Positions 18,067 through 27,693 of a stretch of DNA of 64,000 nucleotides are shown here, in pieces. The translations under genes were made by a program, and so were the position numbers. The notes below the pieces were generated by a model. The model was not told the DNA's origin. It made no database searches and saw only the letters and a list, made by a program, of their open reading frames with translations. Each line of letters begins with the position of its first letter. Positions within the stretch are counted from its first letter, which is position 1. Origin of the DNA: Candidatus Lustribacter sp. (lineage in GTDB: Bacteria; Vulcanimicrobiota; Vulcanimicrobiia; Vulcanimicrobiales; Vulcanimicrobiaceae); NCBI GenBank assembly GCA_965277805.1, contig OZ255842.1:3552001-3616000 (forward strand). Direction: 5' to 3'.

Positions 18067-19847
18067 GTCAGCGGCGCGTCAACCTCGGACCGCACGATCT
18101 CGCGGTGACGCCGCTGCGAGGCGGCGGCTATCACGTGGTCTCGCCGCACGCACTGCAACCGTATCCGCGCACGATGACCGACCGCCTCGAGCGCTGGGCC
18201 GCCGAGCGGCCGCAGCAGGTCTACCTAGCCGAACGCGACGGCGACGGCTGGCGCACGCTCACATACGCTGCCGCGCTCGATGCGACGCGCCGCATCGCGC
18301 AAGCGCTGCTCGATCGTGGTTGCACGGCCAGCGCCGGCGTTGCGATCCTCTCCGAAAACGGGATCGATCACGCGCTGCTCGCGCTGGCGACGCAATATGT
18401 CGGAATCCCTTACGTGCCGGTGTCGCCGCCGTACTCACTGCTCTCCACCGATTTTGCGAAGCTCCGCCACGTGCTTTCGGTGTTTGGTCCGGGCTTGATC
18501 TACGCACGTGACGAGCGCTATGCACGCGTGTTCGCAAGCGACGTCATCGCGCCCGGCCTTCCGGTGGTCGTGTCGGACGGCGCGATCGCCGGCCGCGCGA
18601 GCGAACGGTTCGCGCAGCTGCTCGAAGCGAACGTTTCGCCGGCCGTGGCCGAGGCCAACGCGCTGGTCACGAACGACACGGTCGCGAAGATTCTCTTCAC
18701 CTCGGGCTCGACCGGACTGCCGAAGGGCGTGATCAACACGCAGCGTATGCTGTGTTCGAACCAGCAGATGAACGTGCAAGCGTTTCCGTTCTTCGCCGAA
18801 GAGATGGTGATGCTCGACTGGTCCCCGTGGAATCACACGGCCGGCTCCAATCAGGTTTTCAACATGGTGCTCTTCAACGGCGGCACGCTCTACATCGACG
18901 ACGGCAAGCCGACGCCGGCCGAGTTCGGCAAGTCGCTGCGCAATTTACGCGACGTGTCACCGACCGTGTACTTCAACGTGCCGCGCGGCTACGAAGAGCT
19001 CGCCAAGGTGCTCGATGACGACGCCGAACTGCGCGCGACGTTCTTCCGCAAACTCAAGATGATGTGGTATGCGGGCGCCGCGCTCTCGGGACCGGTGTTC
19101 GAACACATGCGGCAGCTCGGAATCCGGGCCTGCGGCGAAGAGATCATGATGACCAGCGGCATCGGGTCGACGGAAACCGCGCCGTCGGCGACCTTCGCGA
19201 ACTGGTATTCGCACGTGAGCGGCAACATCGGCGTGCCGTTGCCCGGCCTCGAGATAAAGCTCGTTCCGGCGGGTGCAAAACTCGAAATGCGCTTGCGCGG
19301 CCCGAGCATCACGCCCGGCTATCTGCACCGCGACGATCTCACACGCGCGGCGTTCGATGAGGACGGTTACTACAAGATGGGCGACGGGCTCAAACCGGTC
19401 GATCCCGACGATTTCAGCGCGGGCTTTCTCTTCGATGGGCGCATCGGCGAGGACTTCAAGCTTTCCACCGGTACGTGGGTGAGCGTCGGGCCGTTGCGCA
19501 CGGCGCTGCTCGCGCAGCTTGCACCGGCGGTGAAAGATCTCGTGATCTGCGGACAGGACCAACCCTATCTCGCATTGCTCCTAATCGCCGACGCGGGGGT
19601 CGATCCGGTCGATCCGGCGGTGCGCGCGTTCGTGCTCGAGCGGCTCGCGGCGATCGCCGCAGCCAATCCCGGCAGCTCGACCCACGCCGCACGTGCCATC
19701 TTCCTCGACCAGCCGCCGTCCATCGACGCCGGCGAGATCACCGACAAAGGCTCGCTCAACGATGCTATCATTCGCGAACGGCGCCGTGAATTTGTCGAAC
19801 ACCTCTACTCTAGCTTGGAGCATCCGCTCGTGATTGCAATCGCCTGA
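18063..19847 (+). CDS. fcs: Feruloyl-CoA synthetase-like acyl-CoA ligase
   Basis: FTSGSTGLPKGVINTQRMLCSNQQM, GTLYIDDGKP, DGRIGEDFKLSTGTWVSVG, GEITDKGSLN are typical of Fcs. Confidence 0.85.
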   Translation: MSQRRVNLGPHDLAVTPLRGGGYHVVSPHALQPYPRTMTDRLERWAAERPQQVYLAERDGDGWRTLTYAAALDATRRIAQALLDRGCTASAGVAILSENGIDHALLALATQYVGIPYVPVSPPYSLLSTDFAKLRHVLSVFGPGLIYARDERYARVFASDVIAPGLPVVVSDGAIAGRASERFAQLLEANVSPAVAEANALVTNDTVAKILFTSGSTGLPKGVINTQRMLCSNQQMNVQAFPFFAEEMVMLDWSPWNHTAGSNQVFNMVLFNGGTLYIDDGKPTPAEFGKSLRNLRDVSPTVYFNVPRGYEELAKVLDDDAELRATFFRKLKMMWYAGAALSGPVFEHMRQLGIRACGEEIMMTSGIGSTETAPSATFANWYSHVSGNIGVPLPGLEIKLVPAGAKLEMRLRGPSITPGYLHRDDLTRAAFDEDGYYKMGDGLKPVDPDDFSAGFLFDGRIGEDFKLSTGTWVSVGPLRTALLAQLAPAVKDLVICGQDQPYLALLLIADAGVDPVDPAVRAFVLERLAAIAAANPGSSTHAARAIFLDQPPSIDAGEITDKGSLNDAIIRERRREFVEHLYSSLEHPLVIAIA

Positions 19848-20605
19848 TGAACGTCCACAACCACGCGGCCATCATTACCGGCGGTGCCTCCGGACTCGGT
19901 GCCGCAACGGCCCGGGCGCTCGCCGGACGCGGCGCGCGCGTTACGATCCTCGACCGCAACCTCGAGGGCGCGCGTGCGATCGCCGACGAGATCGGCGGGA
20001 TCGCAGCCAAGTGCGACGTCACGAACGAAGCGGCGGTGCTCGCCGGAATCGCGCTCTCGCGCGAGGCACATGGCCCGCTGCGCATCGTCGTGCATTGTGC
20101 CGGCGTCGCCACCGCCGCCCGCATCGTCGGCCGCGACGGCCCGATGTCACAAGACGCTTTCGAGCGCAACGTCGGCGTGAATTTGTTCGGCACGTTCAAC
20201 GTCATGCGGCTGACCGCACGCGAGATGTCGCTCACCGAACCCGTCGGCGAAGAGCGCGGCGTATTCATCGCGACCGCGTCGGTCGCAGCATTTGAAGGCC
20301 AGCTCGGTCAGGCGGCCTACGCCGCAGCGAAGGGCGGGATCGTCGCGCTCGTCTTACCGGCCGCGCGCGAGTTCGCGCAGTTCGGCATCCGCGTGATGGC
20401 GATCGCGCCGGGATTTTTCGAAACGCCGCTGATGAACGCGCTGCCGCCCGAAGCCGTGCAGAAACTCGTGCGCGAGATCCCGTTCCCCGCCCGCTTCGGC
20501 AAACCCGAAGAGTACGCGCACCTCGCGCTCGCAATCATCGAAAACCCCTCGCTCAACGGCGAAACAATCCGCCTAGACGGCGCCCTCCGCCTCCCCCCAA
20601 AATAA
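19847..20605 (+). CDS. SDR 3-hydroxyacyl-CoA dehydrogenase (HSD10-like)
   Basis: ITGGASGLG, ASVAAFEGQLGQAAYAAAKGG, LNGETIRLDGALRL. Confidence 0.92.
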   Translation: MNVHNHAAIITGGASGLGAATARALAGRGARVTILDRNLEGARAIADEIGGIAAKCDVTNEAAVLAGIALSREAHGPLRIVVHCAGVATAARIVGRDGPMSQDAFERNVGVNLFGTFNVMRLTAREMSLTEPVGEERGVFIATASVAAFEGQLGQAAYAAAKGGIVALVLPAAREFAQFGIRVMAIAPGFFETPLMNALPPEAVQKLVREIPFPARFGKPEEYAHLALAIIENPSLNGETIRLDGALRLPPK

Positions 20606-20616
20606 CCTACCCCCCC

Positions 20617-20740
20617 GTCATTCCGAGCGGAGCGCGAAGGCGCGCAGACGAGGAACCCGAGAGCATCTTTCTTATTCGCGCGGCGACCGCGAAGGCGGGA
20701 GCAGTGCGGCACGCACCTGCGGTGCTTCGCTCGGGATGAC
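20617..20740. repeat. Composite palindromic (REP/MITE-like) element between convergent genes
   Basis: Arms GTCATTCCGAGCGGAGC (20617-20633) and GCTTCGCTCGGGATGAC (20724-20740) are 15/17 complementary, flanked by C- and G-runs. Confidence 0.75.
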
Positions 20741-20749
20741 AGTGGGGGG

Positions 20750-21604
20750 TTATTCGAGGCCGAAGAGGCGGACGGCGTTTTCTTTTAGGATGAGGGGGCG
20801 GACGTCGTCTTTGATTGGGAGCTGGGCGAAGTCGCGCAGCCAGCGGTCGGGGGTGAGTACCGGATAGTCGGAGCCAAAGAGCATCTTGTGCTTGAGCTGC
20901 GTGTTTGCGTACTGCACGAGGTTGGCCGGAAAGTATTTCGGTGACCAGCCCGAGAGATCGATGTAGACCTGCGGTTTGTGCAGGCAGACCGAGAGCGCTT
21001 CATCTTGCCACGGGAACGACGGGTGCGCGATGATGATCGGCATGTCGGGGAAATCGACCGCGACATCGTCGAGCAGCATCGGGTTGCCGTATTTCAACCG
21101 AATGCCGCCGCCGCCGCGCATCCCCGTGCCCATGCCGCTATGGCCGCTGTGCACGATGATCGGTAGCTTCGCCGCCTCGATCACTTCGTAGAACGGATAG
21201 AACGCCGGGTCGTTCGCGTAGAAGGCTTGGGTTTGCGGGTGCAGCTTGAAGCCGCGCACTTGGCCGGTTTCGATCAGCCGTTCGGCCTCGCGCACGCCGG
21301 CGGTTCCACGTGTGGGATCGACGCTGACGAACGGGATCACGATGTCGTCGTTGCGTTCGGCGAAGGCCAGGACTTCGTCGTTGGTGACGTGGGCGCGCGT
21401 CTGATTCTTGCCGTCGACCGTGAACACGACGCACGCCATGCGCCGCTCGCGATAGTAGTTCGCCATCTCATCGAGCGTCGCAGGCGCCTTGACGTCGCCG
21501 AAATACTTCGTGGCTTGCACGAGCATCGGGTCTTCTTCCGCAGCACCCGGCGCCCACGCGTGCACGTGAACGTCGATCGCGTCGATCTGGGCGAGATCGA
21601 TCAC
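20750..21604 (-). CDS. Amidohydrolase-2 family protein, 4-hydroxyphenyl-beta-ketoacyl-CoA hydrolase (CouO)-like
   Basis: AIDVHVH, GFKLHP, HSGHSGMG.G..GGGGIRLKY, AHPSFPWQDEA, YIDLSGWSPKYF, LFGSDYP. Confidence 0.85.
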   Translation of the reverse strand: MIDLAQIDAIDVHVHAWAPGAAEEDPMLVQATKYFGDVKAPATLDEMANYYRERRMACVVFTVDGKNQTRAHVTNDEVLAFAERNDDIVIPFVSVDPTRGTAGVREAERLIETGQVRGFKLHPQTQAFYANDPAFYPFYEVIEAAKLPIIVHSGHSGMGTGMRGGGGIRLKYGNPMLLDDVAVDFPDMPIIIAHPSFPWQDEALSVCLHKPQVYIDLSGWSPKYFPANLVQYANTQLKHKMLFGSDYPVLTPDRWLRDFAQLPIKDDVRPLILKENAVRLFGLE

Positions 21605-22596
21605 GGCTTCGGCTCGTGCGCGAGCTTGTCGGGCGTGACCGTACTGAGGATTTGCCGCACCGGCGTGCCTCCAAGCCACCCTTCGATGTCTTCCAGCATC
21701 TGGCTGTAGAACACGGCGTAGCTCGCCTTCGAGACGTAACCGATGTGCGGCGTGAGCACCGTGTTCGGCAAGCGGCGCAACGGATGATCGGCCGGCAACG
21801 GCTCGACGTCAAACACGTCGAGTCCCGCGCCGGCGATGCGTTTCTGCTGCAGCGCGTCGATCAGCGTGGCCTCGTCGACGATCGGGCCGCGTGAGGTGTT
21901 GATCAGGTACGCCGTCGGCTTCATCAGCGCGAGTTCGCGCTTACCGAGCAGCCCGCGCGAGCGGTCGCCGAGCACGAGATGGATGCTGACGTAATCGGCT
22001 TGCGCCAGGAGCTCGTCGCGCGTGACGAGCTTCGCGCCCGCGGCCGTCGCGCGTTCGGCCGTCATATTGCTGCTCCACGCGATCACGTTCATGTCGAATG
22101 CCGCCGCGGCGCGCGCAACCTTGCCGCCGACGCGGCCGAGCCCGATGAGGCCCAATGTCTTGCCGGCGAGCTCATCGCCGACCCCGGTTTGCCAGCGGCC
22201 TTCGCGAACGTCGCGGTCGACGACCGTGATCTGCTGGGCGAGGGCAAAGATCAATGCCCACGTGACTTGCGCGGTTCCCCCGCCGCCGGTTTGCGTTCCG
22301 CAGACCACGATGCCGCGTTCTTCGCACGCCGCGAGATCGACCGACGCGTTCCACATGCCGCTGGTCGTGATGAGTTTGAGGTTCGGCAACCGTTCGAGCA
22401 CGCGGCGCGGAAACGGCGTGCGCTCGCGCATCAGCACCACGGCATCGAACGGCTCCAGCCGTTTGACCAAGACGTCTTCATCAGCAAGATGGTCGGTGAA
22501 GACCGTGACGTCGGCACGCCCCTTGAGGCGGTCCCAATCGGCGTACGTCAGGGCGACGTTTTGGTAATCATCGAGAATCGCGATGCGTGTACTCAT
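21601..22596 (-). CDS. D-2-hydroxyacid dehydrogenase family protein
   Basis: IAILDDYQ, MRERTPF, GLIGLGRVG, INTSRGPIVDE, TPHIGYV. Confidence 0.92.
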   Translation of the reverse strand: MSTRIAILDDYQNVALTYADWDRLKGRADVTVFTDHLADEDVLVKRLEPFDAVVLMRERTPFPRRVLERLPNLKLITTSGMWNASVDLAACEERGIVVCGTQTGGGGTAQVTWALIFALAQQITVVDRDVREGRWQTGVGDELAGKTLGLIGLGRVGGKVARAAAAFDMNVIAWSSNMTAERATAAGAKLVTRDELLAQADYVSIHLVLGDRSRGLLGKRELALMKPTAYLINTSRGPIVDEATLIDALQQKRIAGAGLDVFDVEPLPADHPLRRLPNTVLTPHIGYVSKASYAVFYSQMLEDIEGWLGGTPVRQILSTVTPDKLAHEPKP

Positions 22597-22627
22597 GTGG
22601 CGGTCCCTCGACAAGCTCGGGATGACA
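22597..22627 (+). repeat. Dispersed ~31-bp REP-like repeat, copy 1
   Basis: GTGGCGGTCCCTCGACAAGCTCGGGATGACA. Confidence 0.85.
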
Positions 22628-22633
22628 TTCTCA

Positions 22634-24583
22634 TCAGCGGAGGTGGGGGACGTTCGAGGGGTAGATGGGGCGGTTGATGATCGTTTGCAGCACTTCGGGT
22701 TGGGCTTTGAGCACGAGTTCACAGAATGCCTTGAAGCTCTCGCGTTCGGCTTCGCCTTCGGCGAAGCGCTCGTTTTGGGTGAGATCTACTTTCCCGTCGA
22801 CTTCGAGAAAACGCACGTAGCGGCCGTCGTCGTCTTCGCCGAGTTCGAGCAGTCCCGCATCGGCGAAGATGCGCACGGCAGACCCGATCGTCTTGTCCGC
22901 AACCTTATCGCCGAGGTCGATCGCTGAGGCGATGTCCGCGTACGTCATCCGGATCGTGCCGGCGGCCGCGATTTTCTTCATCTCGCGGTAGATGTTGCGC
23001 AGGGTGTGCAAGGTCGGCGCGTCGCGTTCGAGGATGAAGTCGTTGATGTTGCGGTCGCGCTCGCCGAAGAGCAGGTGGATGTGCGCCGCTTCGCCGTCGC
23101 GGCCGGCACGGCCCGACTGCTGGTTGAACTCGGTGTGATCGAAGTTGAGGTGATAGAGAAACACGTCGCGCACGTCGGGCAGGTCGACGCCTTCGCCGAA
23201 CGCCGACGTTGCCACGATCACGCGAATCGTACCGGCGCGAAAGAACTGCTCGACTTGCAAACGCTCGGCCGAACCGACGCCCGCGTGATAGAACGCCACG
23301 ATATCGCCGAGATTGGTACGCAGCTTCTCGGCCACTTTGGTCGCCTCGGTACGCGAGTTGCAGTACACGATCGCCTTGCCCTCGGGATCGATGTTACGGC
23401 GGATGTAGTCGACCTTGTTGGTGATGCCGCGCGCTTCGGTTACCGTAAGGTTCTCGCGGATCGTCGGATCGATCACCCACGCCTCGATCTCGAGCTCGCG
23501 CCGGATGCCCGCGAACACCTCGTCATCGGCGGTGGCCGTCAGGGCCAGCACCTTCGGCGAACCGAGTTTCCGAATGACGTCGGCCACGCGGCGGTACGCC
23601 GGCCGGTGCGTGCTCTCGATCAGATGATGCGCTTCGTCAACGACCACCAGCGACGGCCGGCTTTTCTCGTTGTCAAAGCGATCGGCGTGGAAGTGCATGA
23701 ACTCGGGCGTCGTGCAGATGATATCCCAGCCGCCCGTTTCGAGCGCGTTCATCAGCGCCGCGCGTTCGGCGGCGTCGATCGCACCGTTGGCGCGCAGGAT
23801 GCGCACCCCGAGCGGCTCGAGCCGGCGCACCAGCGCCTCATATTGATCGTTCGCCAACGCGCGCAACGGATAGAGTACGACCGTCTTCGCGCCACGCTCG
23901 AGCGCGCCGGTGGCCGCGGGCAGCTGAAAGCACAGCGACTTGCCGCGGCCCGTGCCCATCACCGCGAGCGTGTTCTTACCGGCCGTCACCCGTTCGATCA
24001 CGGCGCGCTGCGCGTCGCGCAACGGCCGATCGCCGAGCAGCGCCCGCTGTACGTCGGCGGCCTGCGCTCGCACGCCGGTCTTTTCCGGCGCAACGACGAC
24101 GCGTTCGCGCGACACCCAAATGTTCACGCCGACGCTGCGCGTGCCGCCGCCGGTAATGTGACGAACCTCGGCCCGATAGCGTTCGCCCGCATCGATGTTC
24201 GGCGCGATCCGCGCCGCAATCGGCTTGCGCACGAAGCCGAGCTGCAAGCGCCCGAAGTGCACGGCCACGGCGTTCGCATCGAACTGGTTCTCGGGCTGCC
24301 GGACGAGCTCGAGCTCCTGGCCCGGCTGCAAGCCGGCGATCAAGTCTTGCCGGCCCTCGAAGGTGACGCCGACGATCTTCGTGTTGAAACCGAACGAATC
24401 GCCGATCGACGCGTACGGATCGCGATCAAGGAACTCATCGCGCTTGGCGTAGAGCTCGTCGAGAAAGGCCGTCGCGGGCGACTCGACGCGCGGTTTACCG
24501 AACGACCCGATCAGCCGTTCGAACGCCGCCTCCGAGGGTGTCGGAGGCGGCAGCGGCGCGTCAGTTCTTGTGCGGGGTTTCAT
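22634..24583 (-). CDS. HIRAN-domain RecQ-like DEAH-box helicase
   Basis: HIRAN (TKIVGVTFEGRQ..RQPENQFDANAVAV..LGFV); helicase motifs GTGRGKS, VVDEAHH, ALTATA, ATSAFGEGVD, QQSGRAGRDG. Confidence 0.85.
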   Translation of the reverse strand: MKPRTRTDAPLPPPTPSEAAFERLIGSFGKPRVESPATAFLDELYAKRDEFLDRDPYASIGDSFGFNTKIVGVTFEGRQDLIAGLQPGQELELVRQPENQFDANAVAVHFGRLQLGFVRKPIAARIAPNIDAGERYRAEVRHITGGGTRSVGVNIWVSRERVVVAPEKTGVRAQAADVQRALLGDRPLRDAQRAVIERVTAGKNTLAVMGTGRGKSLCFQLPAATGALERGAKTVVLYPLRALANDQYEALVRRLEPLGVRILRANGAIDAAERAALMNALETGGWDIICTTPEFMHFHADRFDNEKSRPSLVVVDEAHHLIESTHRPAYRRVADVIRKLGSPKVLALTATADDEVFAGIRRELEIEAWVIDPTIRENLTVTEARGITNKVDYIRRNIDPEGKAIVYCNSRTEATKVAEKLRTNLGDIVAFYHAGVGSAERLQVEQFFRAGTIRVIVATSAFGEGVDLPDVRDVFLYHLNFDHTEFNQQSGRAGRDGEAAHIHLLFGERDRNINDFILERDAPTLHTLRNIYREMKKIAAAGTIRMTYADIASAIDLGDKVADKTIGSAVRIFADAGLLELGEDDDGRYVRFLEVDGKVDLTQNERFAEGEAERESFKAFCELVLKAQPEVLQTIINRPIYPSNVPHLR

Positions 24584-25889
24584 CGGCCGCGTCGAGATTC
24601 AGGTGAATCTCTTCGTGCCCGAGGTCGTAATCGCGCTCGTGATGGCCGAGCGCTTGCGCGTCGAGCGGATCGAGGCGGTCGGCCTCGAGCGTCTCGCGCT
24701 CGAGATCGACCTCGTCGTACTCCTCATCGGTGAAGCTATGATCACGATCGTGCTGGACCTCGCCGAAGACGGCGGTGTCGGTCGACGTTTCGATCCGGCG
24801 GCGCTTGTACTTCGGCGGGGCACCCGGCGCGCGCCGCGGCGATTGGCGTTCGCGTTCGCGACGCGCTTTGCGCGCTGCAAGGATCTCGGCGCGATCGGCG
24901 TCGGTGCGGGCTTGCGCGCGCGCTTCGGCCACCGTGCGCGGCTGCGCGTCGAGCGATGCCCGGCGCAGTGCCGCGCGCGCGCCGATCGTCTTCTGGAACG
25001 ACGCCACGAGCGGCGCGGAGTAAAAGATCGAGTGGTAGCCGCCCGAGCAAATGCCGACCAGCAGCGCGAAGGCGAAATTCTGCAGCGACGCGCCGCCGAA
25101 GGCCAAGAGCGCGACGAGCGTGATGACCACGGTCGCAAGCGTGTTGACCGAGCGCGTCATCGTTTGCAAGATCGACGTGTTCACGATCTTGTCGAACGGT
25201 TCGCCCGCCATGATCTTCGTGTTCTCGCGAATCCGGTCGAGGATCACGATCGTGTCCATGACCGAATACCCGATGACCGTCAGCACGGCGGCCAGGAACG
25301 CATCGTCGACGCGCTTGTCGGCCAGTGAGTAGATGCCGATCATCATCGCCGAGTCGCGCACGAGCGCGATGATCGTGACCAGACCGAAGATGTAGTTCCA
25401 GCCGAAGCGGAACGCGATGTAGAGGAACTGGATCGCGATCGCAATGACCAGCGCTTTGAGCGCGTTGATCAGGTACTCGGTCGCAAGCGACGGCCCCACG
25501 GTCGAGATCGATGACGACGCACGATCGACCGGAGCCACGCTGCCCAGCGCCTTCCACAGCGGATCGGTCACGTTGCCGAAGTCGGTTTGCGTTTCGATCG
25601 TATAGCGCTCGCCCGGCGTTTCGCCGGGTTTGCTCAGCGTGTTGATCTGCGCGTCGGTGACCTTGATGCCGGCCAGCGCTTTGACGATCGCATCACGATC
25701 GACGGGGCGCGTGAACTTCGCGGTGACGTCGGTACCGCCGGTGAACGAGAGGCCCAGACGCAGCGGCGTACCGGTCGTGACCCAGTGATAGATCATCGAT
25801 GCGATGCCGAGCGCGATGATCGCATACGAGATGATCGAGACGGTGCGCAGCCAGCCGACGACGTTCCAATTCAGGCGGCGAAAAAACAT
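24561..25889 (-). CDS. secF: Protein translocase subunit SecF with a long charged C-terminal tail
   Basis: LGLSFTGG, VGPS, LTVIGYSVMDTIVILDRIREN, TMTRSVNT. Confidence 0.93.
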   Translation of the reverse strand: MFFRRLNWNVVGWLRTVSIISYAIIALGIASMIYHWVTTGTPLRLGLSFTGGTDVTAKFTRPVDRDAIVKALAGIKVTDAQINTLSKPGETPGERYTIETQTDFGNVTDPLWKALGSVAPVDRASSSISTVGPSLATEYLINALKALVIAIAIQFLYIAFRFGWNYIFGLVTIIALVRDSAMMIGIYSLADKRVDDAFLAAVLTVIGYSVMDTIVILDRIRENTKIMAGEPFDKIVNTSILQTMTRSVNTLATVVITLVALLAFGGASLQNFAFALLVGICSGGYHSIFYSAPLVASFQKTIGARAALRRASLDAQPRTVAEARAQARTDADRAEILAARKARRERERQSPRRAPGAPPKYKRRRIETSTDTAVFGEVQHDRDHSFTDEEYDEVDLERETLEADRLDPLDAQALGHHERDYDLGHEEIHLNLDAADETPHKN

Positions 25890-25890
25890 C

Positions 25891-27165
25891 TTATGCGCCG
25901 TACGCCTTCTGATCGTTTACGAGGTTGTTCTCCACGACGAGGTCGACGAAGAACCGCGTAACGAACACGGCGGTGAAGAGCGAGAAGGCGGTACCCCAGA
26001 ACAGCGTATAGGCGAAGCCCTTCACCGTACCGGTACCGAGCAAGAACAGGACGCCCGCGCCGACGATCGTCGTGACGTGGCTATCGAACACCGACGTGAA
26101 CGCGCGGCGGAAGCCGATCTTCACGGCCGAGCGCAGCGACTTGCCGGCCCACAGTTCTTCTTTGAGACGCTCGAAGATCAGGACGTTCGCGTCGACCGCC
26201 ATGCCGATCGAGAGCACGAAGCCGGCGATGCCGGGCAGCGTGAGCACGGCGTGCGCGGCCGAGAGCAGCGCCAACAGCGCCAGCACGTACACGACCAGCG
26301 CGACGTCGGCGAGCAAGCCCGGCAGACGGTACATCACGGCCATGAAGATCAGCACGAGGCCGAGACCGACCATCGATGCGTACAGCGATTTCGTCAGATC
26401 TTCGGCGCCGAGCACCGGTCCGACGTCGTCCTTCGAAATAATGACGGTCGGGACGGGCAATGCGCCGGCGTTGAGTTCGTTTGCGAGCAGCGCGACTTGC
26501 TCTTCGGTGAACTGTCCCGTGATCTGACCCGAATCGGTGATGATGCCCTGGATCGTCGCGTCTTGGACGAACTTCTTGTCGAGGAACGTGCCGAGCTGTT
26601 TACCGAGATTGTTCTTGGTCAGCTGGCCGAATTTGTTAGAGTCCTTCAACTGGAAGTTGATCTGCGGCGCGCCGGACTGGCCGAAGGCGGCTTGCGCGCC
26701 CTTCAGCTCGGAGCCGCTATAGACGACCGGCCCCGAATCCTTGTATGCGCCGTTGGGATCGTTGGCGTACTTCGTATCGGAATTCGCCTTCGCGCTGACC
26801 TGCGGCGGCACGATCTTGAATTCGAGCACGGCCTCTTGCTTGAGGAGTTGCTCGGCTTCGTCGGCGTTCTTGACCGCGGGCAGCTCGACCAGCAAACGGT
26901 TCGTGCCTTCCTTGGAAATCACGGGTTCCGAGACGCCCAGGCCGTTGACGCGATTTTGCACGACGGTTTCGACCTGGTTTTGCACGTCGGAGGTGATCAC
27001 CGGGACTTCTTTGGTCGGCTGTAACTCGAGGAGCACGCGTGCTCCGCCTTGCAGGTCGAGACCGAGGTGGATCTTCTGCTGGATCGGGAGGATCGCCCAG
27101 ATGCACAGCCCTACCACGGCCAGGAGGAGGACCGCTTGAAGCGGCCTCTTGAGCTTATTCCACAT
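25891..27165 (-). CDS. secD: Protein translocase subunit SecD
   Basis: LGLDLQGG, RVNGLGVSEP, LNAGALP, LTLPGIAGFVLSIGMAVDANVLIFER. Confidence 0.95.
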   Translation of the reverse strand: MWNKLKRPLQAVLLLAVVGLCIWAILPIQQKIHLGLDLQGGARVLLELQPTKEVPVITSDVQNQVETVVQNRVNGLGVSEPVISKEGTNRLLVELPAVKNADEAEQLLKQEAVLEFKIVPPQVSAKANSDTKYANDPNGAYKDSGPVVYSGSELKGAQAAFGQSGAPQINFQLKDSNKFGQLTKNNLGKQLGTFLDKKFVQDATIQGIITDSGQITGQFTEEQVALLANELNAGALPVPTVIISKDDVGPVLGAEDLTKSLYASMVGLGLVLIFMAVMYRLPGLLADVALVVYVLALLALLSAAHAVLTLPGIAGFVLSIGMAVDANVLIFERLKEELWAGKSLRSAVKIGFRRAFTSVFDSHVTTIVGAGVLFLLGTGTVKGFAYTLFWGTAFSLFTAVFVTRFFVDLVVENNLVNDQKAYGA

Positions 27166-27256
27166 ACCGTTGTTTCGGGGAAGGGGAGAACCCCGGAATC
27201 GTAGCAGGTCCGGGAAAGAGCGTCAAACCACCAATGCCTTCGTTTGAAGGAGGGCC

Positions 27257-27691
27257 GTGCAGGATACCAAGGGCGTCGATGCAGGACTCCTGCAGTCGCG
27301 GTACCGGCTGACCAAGCAGCGCGCGGCAATTTTGCGTGCCCTGGAAGACGGGCGGCACCTCAGCGCCGAGGAGATCCTCGAGCGCGTACGGGCGCAATTG
27401 TCCGGCGTCAGTCTGGGAACGATCTACCGCACGCTCGATATTCTCCGCAGCATCGGACTCGTGCAGATCTTCTCCCACGCCGGCGCCGCCGCCAAATACG
27501 AAGCGGCGCTCGAGAAGCATCACCACCTGGTGTGCACGCAGTGCGGCGAGGTGATCAACGTGAGCGTCAACGAGGCGCTCGCGCTCTCACAAACGATCGC
27601 GCAAGAACACGGCTTCAACAACGTCGATTGCGCGCTGGTGGTGACCGGACGCTGCGCGCGCTGTTCCGACACTCCCCCCGGCGCGAACTAG
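27257..27691 (+). CDS. Fur family transcriptional repressor (Fur/PerR/Zur)
   Basis: RLTKQRAAIL, HLSAEEI, SLGTIYRTL, HHHLVCTQCG, GRCARC. Confidence 0.9.
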   Translation: MQDTKGVDAGLLQSRYRLTKQRAAILRALEDGRHLSAEEILERVRAQLSGVSLGTIYRTLDILRSIGLVQIFSHAGAAAKYEAALEKHHHLVCTQCGEVINVSVNEALALSQTIAQEHGFNNVDCALVVTGRCARCSDTPPGAN

Positions 27692-27693
27692 AT

